The translations under genes were made by a program, and so were the position numbers. From NCBI GenBank assembly GCA_038496445.1, contig JALMLS010000204.1, positions 1 to 64,000 on the forward strand: DNA of 64,000 nucleotides. Reading direction: 5' to 3'. This stretch comes from Trichosphaerium sp. ATCC 40318 (lineage: Eukaryota > Protista > Tubulinea). Under the pieces are notes generated by a model. It was not told the origin of the DNA. It searched no databases and saw nothing but the letters and a program-made list of their open reading frames with translations. Shown piece by piece: positions 31,801 through 44,938 of this stretch (positions are counted from its first letter, which is position 1; every line of letters begins with the position of its first letter).

Positions 31801-34258
31801 ATATTGTTGCTCTTAACAAGTACCTAGGTGGTGCACCAAAACGAGAAGGTCGAATCTTTGCTACTTCCTCAAATATTTGGCCCATGGGTACTGCGACTAT
31901 TGCTGTCTTTCCTCCACATAAAAGTGTACTATGTACGATCAACCTATCAGAAGCATGTGCTAAAGGGAGGTACGACACATTCTAAAACAATACATTTAAA
32001 ATAACACCTATAAACACTCGATTCCTTACAACTCTGAACACTAGTTTTCCAGCTGGTGTTAACACAGAACAAATATCATTCCTGAAAGCTTGCTCACTCA
32101 TCATCACGCCCTATTAAACTTAGTATATTAATGAGGCAGTCATCTAGGGATGAGTTAAAAAACCTTTGGTTTTCCAGTAGAACCAGAAGTAGAAATGATT
32201 GTCACGACATCTTTGTCATCTGTCTTGACAAGTTCAAATTTTTTCACATCCCCTTTATCCTCAACGTCCTTTATACTCATTACTGTAACAAAACCCTTCA
32301 ACTTCTCTTTGATTTCATCGTCACAATCCTCAAAAAGAATAACTAGCTTTAGTTTTGGTGTTGAGTCTATTACAGACACTAAATTTTCGAGTTGAGTGTT
32401 TGATAGAGCAATACTCGTCAATCCCATGTGATTTATACTGTACTTTAAAATCTCAGCATCTAATTTATATAAGCAGGCAAAAACATGAAGATTGTGAGAA
32501 TGCAAAAATGTAATTTTCAGCACATTGAATACGTCGTGCTTGATTGTCACGGTCAATATACGTACCTACGGTGTAGTGTATAGGCACCACTATTACTGAT
32601 TGTGTGATTGCAGCAAAATCAGTGATTATCCATGGAAGAGAATTCTCTCCGCAAATACCTGAATATTTTCTTTAATAAAACTATTACTAATGATTCCTGT
32701 ATGTACCTATACTATCACGTTTTTTTATACCAACTTCTGAAAATCCTGATGCTACACATTTTATTCTATCCCATACATCACGGTATGTGAAGTACTTATA
32801 TTTTTGTTGCCCTTCTTCCCTAGTGCCGAAACTTTGTCTGTCTCCGTATTGTTGAAAACAGTTTCTAAAGAAATCAGTGATCAGAACGGGAAATACGTCT
32901 CAGTATTCTTACCTAATGGTCTCAGCATATGATAGACTTTTAATCTTTGACGGAAGTACAGTAGGAAAAACTACTTAAAGTAAGCAAGCTCAAAAACAAA
33001 CTGATTCGTTGCAGACTCCAAGCTTACCAAATTCGCATTCCATCTCATGTTCTTGTTTCTTTGACATATAACACTCATCGCATAGATCATAGTCTGGTCT
33101 TACAGTACAATTCCATCTAATAACAACATGTTAAAACCAGACACCTGTGTGTGTATTTCTCAACATTGTAAAAAAACACGTGAGCTGTTACCTGTATTGG
33201 TCCTCATGGGGTATTAGCTTCTTTCTGCAGCCATCGCAAAAATAGTCAACGTACCACCATTCTTTATCAGCTTGAGCAAGTTTTGAAGCAAAGGCATCCT
33301 CTGGATCCCTCAAGGTTAAAGTCGTTGTTGTTTCATGAGATCCACCTGACCTCAACAAATCATCTCTGGAAGAATCCAAAGACTTTTTTAAAGACTGTCT
33401 AGACATAACACGGATTATTTGCTTTGGTGGAGGGTTACCCAAATCAGCGTCATATCTTATCCCAAGCTCATCACATTGTTTTCGCGTTCGTTTATAAAAG
33501 TATTTTTCGCATTGGAACCCTTTTTGGGAGAATAAGTATGTTTGCACTGAACAAGTTTCCAAAAAAAAATAAACCACGTGATACTCCAAGTGAATGTACC
33601 TTCTATTTTACTCTTATCCAAAGGATCATTTATGATCAGTGTGCATTTAAATGTACCACTTTGTACCTGCATACAAAACGATGTTAAAAACGTGTTCATT
33701 CACGTGATCTTAACTTTTTTTAGTTTGTCAACTGCTGACTCAGTTCCAAGTGATGGCTTCAAAACACTACGCTATATTGAGATCCCAAAGTGACATTTAT
33801 GGAACGTACGCAAAGTTTGTGATGCCCTGAATTGCTTTGTTCAATAAATCGTAAAACGTGCTCTGCACAGGTTCACTAGGTTGTTTCTACATAAAACCAA
33901 GTTAGTTTTTTTATCTGAATTTTTTTTGGAGGCGTCAGCTGTTTCAAACCATACTTTGAACTCAATTTCTGGAATCTCCACAGATGCTGAACGAGACAGA
34001 ATAACAATAGCCTATTTAATGTCACAAAAGCGTTATTTTACGCTTCGCACCTTTAAATGGTCCACAGAGAATATAGGGCACACCAAGCAAGCGCCATATT
34101 TAGCTAGAGGAACATCTACAACAAAATGAGCCCTAAAGGTTGTAAAAATGCCTCAAAGTACTTGTATCCTTTTCTGGCTCCAATATTGATTCTTTTGACG
34201 CCTCTATGACAAAGTTACACTGCAATGTAACTACAAGGTATAACGTACTATCTCCCAT
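28829..34258 (-). CDS. Carboxylic-acid-reductase-like NRPS-like enzyme (A-T-R) with N-terminal extension containing a ZZ-type zinc finger; start approximate
   Basis: YFCDGC...RWNCTVRPDYDLCDECY (ZZ); STSGSTGKPKG, SYLPLAH, YGITEAG, RGELLVK, YFRTGD, IDRRKSYFKLAQGEFV (adenylation); DSLSAIKI (carrier Ser); VLLTGATGFLG, GYSQSKWVSE (thioester reductase). Confidence 0.88.
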
Positions 34259-34688
34259 ACTCTAGAACGTTTGATTATGTTATCTCAATAGTAGTATGAT
34301 CAAATGAGAGCTTAGATTGCTGTTTCAGCGTTTTTCAACGAAAGTATTGTTCAAGAAGCAATAGCTAAATGTACGTTAAAATGTTTGTTTGGTTTATTCG
34401 ACTTAAGCAAGCTTAAATACAGGCGATCAGCGATACAGTGTAGTACAACACAAGCTGTCCATCGAGCTTGGGGAAAGCCTCTAGATGACGTTAAAAATAT
34501 CTTTTTACACAGTCACTATAATCCCAATTGTACGGCTTAAACACAGCCCAAAAAGTTGTTGTACAACACTGAAACGTTGCACGTGCAGTCTTATTTCAAA
34601 AGTTTAGCTAGCCTTGGAAAGTCATACAACACTTATTTCCTGGTTTATTCTTAACATAGAATGTATTTCAGACAGTTGTATTAATCTA

Positions 34689-36133
34689 CTACAAAACGTT
34701 TTCAATGTATGAACCTTTCAACACGCCGAGACCAACACTAGTCACGTTATGCATGTGTCTCATTTTTAATTCGTGAACACCAAAAAGAGCAGCAATGCCT
34801 ACATCAGTAACATTATAAAGACTCTCAAGAAATATAGTGTGGACACCTGCCAAAGCTTGAATACCTTCATCAGTAATCTTATTACTGTGAACCATGTCAA
34901 AAATGAAAATTGAATGGACACCTTTGAGCGCTTTAAGTCCTTCATCTGTTACTGAAGTACCTCCCATGTATATTGTATGAACACCTGAAAGATGTTTAAC
35001 ACCTTCATCTGTTATCTGAGAACAGTTATGAAGACTTATTTCATGTACACCTGCGAATACTTTAAGGTTTTCATCTGCTATTCTTGTCTTACTTAGACGT
35101 ATTGAATGAACTCCAGCAAGTGATTCAATACCTTTTCCAGTTATATTTCTACACCAATTTTTTTTTTTTTTTTTTTTTTAAATCTTTGGTTTTTATTACG
35201 AGATGTCTCACCATCCAGTTGTTACAACTTTACACAAGTACAATGAATTACACATAGTGGAGCACGTTTCCGCGTTAAGGGTTTGAACCTTTCCATTCTC
35301 ATGACCAAGCGGTTTTTGCAATGGTTGTCTCTCTTTTGTAGGTAACATCGCCTGTAGCTGAGGGGGTGGGACAGCCAATTATTTTATTAACCTTGCCTCG
35401 ATCACAGGGAGGAGTTTATTTTTACGGGGTACTCCAGTACTCATCTGGCGCACACAGTTCAAATTTCCCGTGAGGGGATTTGAACCGGTGACAATCAAAT
35501 ACGAATTATGTGTTTTTACCACTTAACCACAAGCGACTGCCCCCTTATTTCTACACCAATTAAGATTTATAGAGTGCACTCCAGCAAGAGCCTTTAATGT
35601 TGAGTCATCAATATCAAGATTTTTTAGGTTGATTTTTTTAACACCTGTTAGACATTTAATTTCAGGAAAAGGTACTTCACGGTATACTGAAAGATGAGAA
35701 AGATCAATATGTTTGACACCAGATAATTTAACAAGATGCTGTTTTTGCATTTCATACCCTATCATTGTACGTCTCATTATACCTTTGTACTGTGATATCA
35801 AATCAACATCTAAAGGGTTTGATATGGTAGCCTTAATGTAGCCAATATGGTCGTGAATAATATCAGAGAAAACGTGATTTAGTTGTACCATCTTGTATCG
35901 TAATGTATCCGGAGAGATTTCAGTAAGAAGCATTAACAACTCGATAGGCAAGCTTGTTATATTAACGCAGGTGCTTTCGATGCTACCAGACAGTCAGATG
36001 GGGTTTTGAAGGTTGTTTTTGTAAAAAACAGCTAAAACATAGTGTATCGGTCAGAGTGTTACACGTCTTTGCTTTTGGCGCAATGAAAAACGCACACAAG
36101 GTCGGTCAGCAATTTGTTAACTGTTTCAGCCAT
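34689..36133 (-). pseudogene. F-box/LRR gene interrupted by a SINE; start approximate
   Basis: Removing the insert plus one TSD copy restores ...INLNWCRNITGKGIESLAGVHSIRL... in frame with the 34689-34967 ORF. With the insert, translation stops at ...NKGAVACG*. Confidence 0.85.
35160..35545 (-). mobile_element. tRNA-derived SINE (about 390 bp) with poly(A) tail
   Basis: TSD TATTTCTACACCAATT at 35144-35159 and 35546-35561; Pol III A box TGGTTAAGTGG (35529-35519); B box GGTTCAAATCC (35486-35476); AATAAA then about 20 A residues. Confidence 0.9.
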
Positions 36134-36365
36134 AAGTGGCAGCAACAGTAAGGTTATATATATATATATTGTTTGCTTATTTAAGAGGTATGTTATGACG
36201 CGGTAGGAAATTCGCGGAGGATTTTCTTAGTGCAACATGACTTAACGATTCGAAAATTTTACAATTAAAAGCATGTGACTTGGTCCATTGAAATTTTTTT
36301 TTGTATTTACACCTTTTTAAAGTTACACCTAATACGTTAGGCCTTGAGAGCATCTTAAATTGAGA

Positions 36366-39300
36366 TCAAGCCTCCGCTTCGCTACTTAAATTTTCAGGTT
36401 TTTCACCTTCATTCTCTTCTGGACCTGTCATATCAGTATCATCATCTGATACATCATCACCAGTAGAGCCATCCTTGGTTAATATTCTAACCAAACAAAA
36501 AAACGTTAGTCGTTGTGTTTTTTTTTGAAGAGAGGCTTTGAAATGGCCTATAGCTTGCTGTACCCTGCTTCAGGAGGCATAAATGGCTTCGCGTAAATAT
36601 TAATACTTTCTCTAACTATTGCCGGTCCACCACCGTATGTATCATGGAAAAATAGCCAGACCTCTTCTACGACGCCACGATAATGCGCCCGCCTCTTTAG
36701 ATTTTCTTTTGGTGTAATACCATCATCCATCAACAAAGAATCATTTGAAATAGGTCCAGGAGGTATATCTGTCTTTTCTGTACATATAAACTCACGCCAA
36801 GCGCATAACCACTCTTGGTGTATCAAATACCAGAATTCTCCTGGCCTTAACGTAAGTCTATCGAGCGTCCTTATACGATTACACTCTTTAGAACGTCGTT
36901 TAGCAAGAGCGACTTTATCCTAAATGAGAAAAAGAGAATTAGTTCAAAATCGCTCAAACTAACTAAAAAAACGCACCACACAGACAGAACAAGCGCCTTT
37001 AGAAGGATCTAGAACAACTCCGCCGTAATTATCAATAAATTCATCTCCAACAGACCTAGGAAGCTAAAAAAACCGTCAAATAAGTGTGCTAGCTATTGAA
37101 GTGGTTCTTTAACACACCTCTACAATTCGGTCTTGTAATGATTCAAAAATTGATTTCTCTATGTTACCGTGTTTGCACAGTATATCAGCGTTTGTTATTG
37201 GTCCTGGGTCTACTAAAGTACGCCACTTATGAAACCATAGCTTAGATACATAGACAGCATGATCATTATTTGTTATCTGTTCATCCAAGTAATCTTGTCT
37301 GTATTGTTTAATAGTTGCCATTACACGCGCTCGTTCATCCTATTAGTACGTTAGCACGTAAAAGTGATTTAAATGATGACGTACCAATTTTGTTGGAGAA
37401 TCTTTACGCACGTAAACCAACACGTAGGCTTCAACATTCTCAACTAATTACTAGTTAGTACAACTGTTTTTAGTACTAAATAAAGATTAAAATACCTTCT
37501 CTTGCAGATACTTCTCTTACATGAGAGTCATCATACTCATACCACTTGTTACTTACGCGATTTCTACAATAAGCAACATAATGGCCACCTATTTGACGTG
37601 TTATATTCACTGAATTTGAGAAACTCGGATTGAAACGTTTTCTCAAAAAATCGTACCATTTAGGCTTCCACGATGATTAATTACACCGACACAATTATAC
37701 AATGTTGACAATGAGCTATCTTTTACCAGTTCTCGCGTACAAAACGGAGCAAGATTAAGATTGTTCAAAGGAAAACTAATATGATCTGATAGCTTACTGC
37801 CAAAGTAACTATCATATTTAAACCGTTTTACATGCACAGTTAAAACCTAAAAGTTGCGCGTAAATAATAGATTTTTTGTATTCCTTCGCAACTAATCAAA
37901 AAAGCTACATACTTGAGGAACTTTGGCTATGGCAAACTCCTTTCTGGCTTCGCTGTACTTTTTACATTTTTCGCAAAGATACTTATCACGCCCAACAAGT
38001 TCGTCAGGGCAACAAAATCCATGTAACAAATCAATCAACTTGAACTTTCGAGTTGAGAATCTGGAAGAAAAAGGTTAACTTCCTTCATCACCTTAAAAAC
38101 AACGCAAGTACCCTACTAAATTGCTAAATGACGCAAAGAAACCTTCTTTAACTTGAATAGCTTCTTTTCCCATCTCTTCTAGTCTCTTGGATATTTTCTC
38201 TCTTAATTTACGGTTGGGCAAGCTAAGAGATACTTCAAAGAAGGTTTGAGCGCAATCTGATATTTCCTTGCACTGAAGGCAAAAAATTCGACTTCGAAGA
38301 ACACCACCAAACACGTTTTCGAGCACAGAGTCGTATGTTATCCGCCTACGTGTTTCTTTCGCTTCTTGTTCTGTATCATTTGTCGAAGAATTTGTACTCA
38401 CTTCAGACGAAGCATCTACTGCTGTTTCTTCAGGTGTTTGCTCGTTTTTGTGATTCTTCAATTCTTCAGCATCTTTAATTTTTTTAGCCTTTTGAGCCTT
38501 CATGGCCTAAGAAATTTACGTTAACAGCACCCAAGACAATTTAACATGATAGTTGCACTTACGCGTTCTACAGATTCTGGGATTTCGTCTTGCAATTTAT
38601 CTGATAAATACCCAATAATCGTCCGTAGAGCCTCTTGAGCATCCTAAAAAATCATTTTAACGATTTTTCGGCAATTTTAAGCGACAGTTTTCGCTGCTAA
38701 ATGTATTCTCGTCTTTTTTTTTCTGTTTCACTAAAACAAACAAAAATACACAAAAGATGCTAGCTTACTTGTTGTGCGAATCCTCTAAAGATCGGGTTTA
38801 TAAATGCCAAGCTTCTAAAAACATTCTTTGGCGCTATACTACGGCTAAAAAAAATCACGTGAGCATACCGAGCGCAGCAAAAAAAAATCAAAAAAAAAAA
38901 AGAATAATTATACTTACTAGGAACCAGACCACATGGCATTCATAAACTGTGCCATATCGATAGCTAATTTAGCTTTTCTTCCACTAAAATGGGTACCACA
39001 ATGCGCGAAATAGTCGGTAAAAGGAGGTGTATTACTTAGAGTCTGCAACGCTGAATTGAGGAAACAAGTGTTGCCTAGATTAACAAGTCCTACAAGACCT
39101 GTAATACAAATTAGTTTTTATTCTCGAGGGCAGGTGTGGCAATGTTTTATGTCCTAAGGAATATCTAGGGCTTTTTTTTTTCAACTCAAGAATTTATCAA
39201 AAAAAACGTGCCTACACTCTTACTAGAGTACTTATTTTTCTCGTCTTTTGGCTATAGAGGTGTATTAGCGTATAGATGCGTGTGGCCGGATAAATGATGG

Positions 39301-39881
39301 GAGGTTATTTTTCTCGTTTATAAACGGTCGGTGTTGGTTTGTAGAATTAAAATCCGTTTTAAACTCTCATGTGGTACGCACGATAGGAGGTAGAAACGCT
39401 TCTTGAACTTTGAGGAGTAATTTTCCCAATGGCTTCGTTTCACTCACAGTTACATAGTCGTCGCATGCGTAGCACCAGATCTGCCCGTTGGAGAGATTTA
39501 TACACACATTGTGCTGAAAGAAATTAATAAATTGCGGTTTTACCAGTGCTGGTCGCCCACGTACTCCTGTTTCTTTTTGATGCGTCAAGAAGTGTTTATT
39601 TTTTTGCCTACCACAACCAACGAAATTACATTCGCTCTAACTCCATGAATATAAGTCTCTAGTGTAGTTTTACGTACTCTCAAGCAAGACCAGAGAAAAG
39701 GAGGAGAACAATCGCATTTTGCGCATGTCACGCTGTTCTTTTTTGTTCGTAGTATCGCCTGGGCGATTAATATTAAGAGGTTGTTTAAATAACAGCAATG
39801 TCATACCCCAATTTGTTTATACTTCTCAATTAGCTCGTCAGGCTCAACTGAGCTTAAATACTCGGAGATGTGATCACACAT
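36366..39881 (-). CDS. Ubiquitin-specific protease, USP20/33-like (zf-UBP, USP catalytic domain, two DUSP domains)
   Basis: [10 protein letters not shown]; [17 protein letters not shown] (Cys box); QQDAQE; HVKRFKYD; HRGSLNGGHYVAY (His box); PGPITN and PPGPISN...YGGGP (DUSP). Confidence 0.92.
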
Positions 39882-40094
39882 GCTGTTCAAAACATCACAG
39901 CAAGCTTTTTAATTAACACTGTTGATGAAAGGAATGTGCTTGACCATCAGTTACATGTAACACGTTGCTCTTTTACACTTGCAGAATTACACTTTTTTAA
40001 AGTATCCCCACGCATAACAAAACGCAATTATCGAGCATTTTAGTTTTGTATTAGATTTCTTTTTTACAAAAACATGCAGATGTCATAAATATTA

Positions 40095-40551
40095 TTACTG
40101 TCGCCCTTCTACAAGGAGAATGTGCCAGCTACAGGTGTATGAGAATACGAAACAAGAAATGTTCTGTCATACCCGAATTTTGTTTTAAACGGTTCTGTTG
40201 GGACATTGAGAGGCTGTGAGAACGCTTTTTCTTGAAATGCGCCTACCATTGATCCGCGAACCATCCAACCCAAATCACCTCCACGGCGTGCCTTATCTTC
40301 TGACAGCTCTTTGGCTACATCAGCGAATGCCTCACCGTTCTTAATACGCTCGTGTGCTTGTTGACACTTTGCAAGCTTCTCACATAGTACGTGTCTCACC
40401 TTACGACAATAAACATACCTTTGAGCATATAAAAACGTACCTTGACCTTTGTACCGCCTGTCTTTCCTTTTCCGCCTCCTTGGGCGTCGTTACCACCTTT
40501 ACCACCTTTATTACCGCCTTTGTTGCCTTTGTTACCCTTTTTACGCGGCAT
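40095..40551 (-). CDS. PIN4: Parvulin-type peptidyl-prolyl isomerase Par14
   Basis: Basic Gly-rich N-terminus, [49 protein letters not shown]. Confidence 0.93.
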
Positions 40552-40667
40552 TGTACAACGAGAAAGAGACAAAAGACGAAAAAGAAACTTAACTGAAACA
40601 GACTTGAACTGAAAACTAGTACTAGAACACAAAATAAAAATTTACAACGTCAGTTTGATTCATTCTC

Positions 40668-43032
40668 CTACAACCGTACACGGTCATCGTAATGATCATT
40701 TGGCTGTTTAACTTCAACGTGAAATTGCCTCAACACTACAGGTTTATACTGTGATACGCATGTCTGCCTTTGTATTCGTTGTAGGAATTCGACCAATACC
40801 TCATCTTTTTGAATATTATCAAGTAGTGGCTCAGCCGCTGTAGCATGGTGAACCTATCGATGCCAAGTGTTAGAAAAGCGTGTTGAAAGAAATTTTTAGA
40901 AACAACAAAAAACTTGTCGTTAGTGCTCTACATGCGCGTAGTGTACACGTACATTTCCATCAGTGAATTTATACGATATGATCCAATTCATGCCTCCATT
41001 TTTGTATCTTGAAGTCTGTAGCCGCACCAGAAACGTGCTGGGTTTCATTTTCTGTAAACATAGTTCTGCATTATCACGTGATAAAAAGAAGATATACCTT
41101 TTGTTAAAAAAACCAGTTAGCCAAGACGAGAGTGAGAAAAAAAGACTTTCACCGTAAATCAAAGCGAGAATTTTATGGGAAAGAGTAACTTTCAATAAAA
41201 AACGTGGGCTCAACAAAACTAACTTGTTTAAAAGCAAGGCAATCAACAAAAAATTTAGCTTGAAAGCGCTGAAAATTATAACGAAGTGTCGTTGGAAAAA
41301 TTAAAAAAATTGTAAACAACAAAAAGGTAGTACCCAGCTTTCTTCAACTCTGTCATATTTTTTACTCGTAGTTTATTAAGAGCAAGTCCAAACCACTCCC
41401 AAAGGTAAGAGAAGTGTTTGTTTTGTATATGATTAAAGTTGATTGAACTAAACTTAGGACCAAGGATGTGATCTCGTAAAAAGTCGTAATCGTAGTCTTG
41501 AAGCAATCTAAGAAAAAAAAAACAGTTAGGAAAAAACAAGATCTATTTTTAATACCCTGCGTATCCATGTCTTTGTAGTATACGCTCTATCTTTTTACTC
41601 AGCTCAGTGAATGTAACAGTACGATCCACTGCTCTGCTGAACACTACAAGCTTAGTGTCAATGGTGAAAATCTATTTCATTGTCTTTTCCAAAAAATATA
41701 CAAAATGTCTCTCAAAGGTGCGTACTGTCCATTCTTAGAAGCTCTTTAATACCATCAGCAAATTGCTTCGAGTAATTTGATAATACAATGATAGGCAATT
41801 CCTGAGAGCATATATTTGTTTCAATGATACCTTGACCAGGTACTATCACGTGTAATGTAAATTTAAGTTTTTCAGCTTTCTTCCCTGAAGAGTTCGGGAA
41901 GTACAGGTTCTAAACAAAGTGTTAAAAACAAAGCGCACTCACTAAAACCAATAATAAAAAATAAAGCGGTTGTAGGTAAAGAAATAATACGATCTAAACA
42001 AGTGCAAAGCAAATGTTAAACTCACGTCAAAGCTGACAAGTAACTCGTTAATATTCATGTCTTGGTCACCGTTCCAAAGCTTAATGATACAGTTCGCACG
42101 GACCGTAAAGCGAACATTATTATGAAGTAACCATGGAACAAGGTCTCCGCGCCCGTGCAAACCATCAAGGAATAGACGTATTGGTGTATCTAATTCCTTT
42201 TTATGTGTAGCAAGCACGCCATCAAGAAGATCAGGTGTAGCAAGACGTAAATATGCTGTACTTCCTAATCTCCTAAACCAATAAATTAACTTCCCGACTC
42301 ATAAACACGTGGTATAAATCAAAAATAATCGACAGAAAAAGTTAACAACATAAAAGTTGCAACTTGCGTTTTCTTTCATTGTGTTTAAAGCTGTTTTCAG
42401 TTCCTAGATGATTATACGCACTGTAATACTTCTCTAGCAGTGACTCTATATGTATGCGCTCTTTTGTGAGGAGGACCGTCTAAAGGAACCACGTCTTCGC
42501 AATAAAAAGGCTGTTTACGCTTTTGTGCTGCGTGAGGTGATAACATTTTATCATTCCTCTGCGCTTGCTCATTGTTCCAAGTAACATTATCCTAAAAACG
42601 ATATTTAGAACCCTTCACCAAAAAGTTATTGTAATACTAAAAATAATTATTATTTTAATAATATCACGTGATAAAAAACGTAAAAACGTTTAGCAAACCG
42701 CTTGTTTCCTCAAAAAAAAAAGTTGGTTTGTTTTTTGCTTCCGTAAACAATTTCAAACATCGTACAGCATTTTGTGAGATATTAGGTTGTAGATTCTGAT
42801 CAAAGCCAACCTGCGGGAACATATTGTTTCGTTCAGGACCAGGTAAATAGTCTTGAGTTTGCTTTGGTGGGTCTGTAGGAACGTGGCTTTCCAAAGCGGC
42901 GCTGTATAAAGTGAATTCGGTTTGTGGAGCAGTGTAATTGGTAGGATGGTCAAGTGGTCCTAATTCATCGTAAGGGCCCCTGCTAACATCCATTGGAGAC
43001 GAAGGAGGGCAAGGGGCGTAAGGGTAAGCCAT
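40668..43032 (-). CDS. STAT-like SH2-domain protein
   Basis: LWEWFGLALNKLR linker, then FLSRDNAELCLQKMKPSTFLVRL (SH2 FLVR), and a C-terminal tyrosine motif NDHYDDRVRL*; Pro-rich N-terminus. Same layout as Dictyostelium STATs. Confidence 0.65.
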
Positions 43033-43815
43033 TAAGTTTTTAATTTTCGTTTAAAGTTATATCCCTTTAAAAAGCACTTGATTGTATCCAAAGATCTGGA
43101 GAAATACCAAATATTACGGAGGAAACGCGGGATAACAAGTCAGTTGAGACAAAAAATCCGCAAAAAAAAATCTCACAAAACCGGTGTACTGTGGTCTTTT
43201 TTGTACACACAAACCCAAGCGGGTTTATAAGGGCGCTGTAGTGCGCGCTTGAGTGTACTGAGGTTTTTTATTGCTAGTTCGATGTTGAAACAAAGTAGGA
43301 AAAGCGAACAACTCCTAATTCAACATTAGGTCATTCCAATACAAGTGGGTGGTTGAACAGAGAGCTGTGTATAATATTGCCATTGACAATTGTTTTTTAC
43401 TATCCTTTACTGACCCTTTGTCGCAGTAATTTGTGAATGTGGCTTTCGTTGTCCGCGGTGTTTTGCAATCACTTGTGATACGCCCGTGTTTCATTGGACT
43501 TATCTTAAACAAGCTATATTATACTATCCTCCTGTTGTGCTGTGCTACAAGATAAGAAAAAAAAAACAAAGGTCCAATATACTGGGCTGACAAAAGCACT
43601 TCTTTGTATTTGATTTCATCCACGCGTCAAATCACTGCAACCTTAGACATCTTGGGACTCAAAGTTCGTTGGTTACCTTGGAATCCCTGTTCGTTTAAAC
43701 AACACGCAACACATTCGTCAATATTCAGGGTAGTTCTTGAACGAACACGCATTTTCAGGCAAGTTCCTCTTCAGGCAAAAAGGACCAAAAAAGGCAGTTG
43801 CATTACAATTCTAAC

Positions 43816-44628
43816 ATGCAAACATCTACTCCCGTACTGTTATCTCTAGTCGTAGTATTAGCTGTATCTGCTTTCGCAGCGCCTTTTCCATTCAAATCTG
43901 CTGCATTTGAATTCGTAGGGTCAGGAACTGGCCCTGATGGCGTTGCCTTGACAGTAGAAGGGGTAACAATGTTCCTAGCAACTGGAGGAAACTCATGGGA
44001 GAACTACGGCAACGTTACTACTAAGGTTAGCGGTTTTACCGTACAAAGCGAAACAATCACGATTGCAATAGAAACCTCGGTACGCTTTAGCTTGTTCTAC
44101 CGACGTAGTTCGGTTTTAGTTATTTTCTACTATGCTTACGCCTCTCTCACGCGGTAGACTACAACATACCAGATTGTAGACAATGTATGCAAAGCGCATG
44201 TTGATAGAACTGGGGGTACACCATGTACTTGGACAACCACCTCAAACGGTTTCCACGGTCAATGCACAAAGGGCGCAGTTAATGAGACACTTACTATTGT
44301 AACGAACTCAAATGGTAAACAACAGATTTCTCAACTTGATCTTCTTTTTTTTTTTAACCACTCGCAATAGGAGATATTGTATCCGTTGATACTACTACAA
44401 ATACCCCAGCAGGAATTGTACAACTTAATATTAAGGCCACAAAGATCCTACCAACTCCTGTAGACTCTGATTTTGTTGTACGGGATTTTTGGGTTTTTTG
44501 AATATCTTTTTTTTATGACTTATGAAATAATTTAGGTACCAATGATCTGCATTAGAGCTGAAAGACAAATCTCACATGAAAAGTGCCACCCAGCTCATAT
44601 TCAACACTTTTTGTCAAAAGTTCAATAA
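43816..44628 (+). CDS. Secreted beta-rich protein, possibly ependymin-related (EPDR/LolA fold)
   Basis: Signal peptide MQTSTPVLLSLVVVLAVSAFA, alternating beta pattern, YQIVDNVCK, C-terminal DSDFVVPMIC. Confidence 0.5.
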
Positions 44629-44938
44629 ATAGTTTGTCAACTCCTGGTACCTCCGCTGTCATCAATGTAGAGGTTCAACTAATAACACTTAAAAAAAGAA
44701 GATATCTGTTAATTAATTTGTGTTCGATTGTCTTGAATGTTACAAATACTTTTCTTTTAGTGAACAGTAGTTCGCTCAACAGAATAGAACAAGATGTAAT
44801 TAGTACATACCCTGCAATTTGAGAAAAAAAATAACACGTTTGTGAGTACTCTTGATAGTCAAATCCAAGTACAGTACAAGTAAAAACCGAGAGCAGATAT
44901 TGTAAAAAAAGTAATCAACTTTATTTTCTTTTTTGAAC

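Noticed and set aside
35440-35455. Possible hammerhead core in the SINE (CAGATGAG on the minus strand)
   Set aside because: It does not match CUGAUGA and I could not build the three stems.
35470-35545. Possible tRNA gene
   Set aside because: A and B boxes are present but there is no complete cloverleaf; it is the head of a TSD-flanked poly(A) insert.
36366-39881. USP gene as a dedicated partner of the LINE ubiquitin-like cassette
   Set aside because: It is an ordinary housekeeping gene 20 kb away and outside the TSDs; proximity is not evidence of a link.
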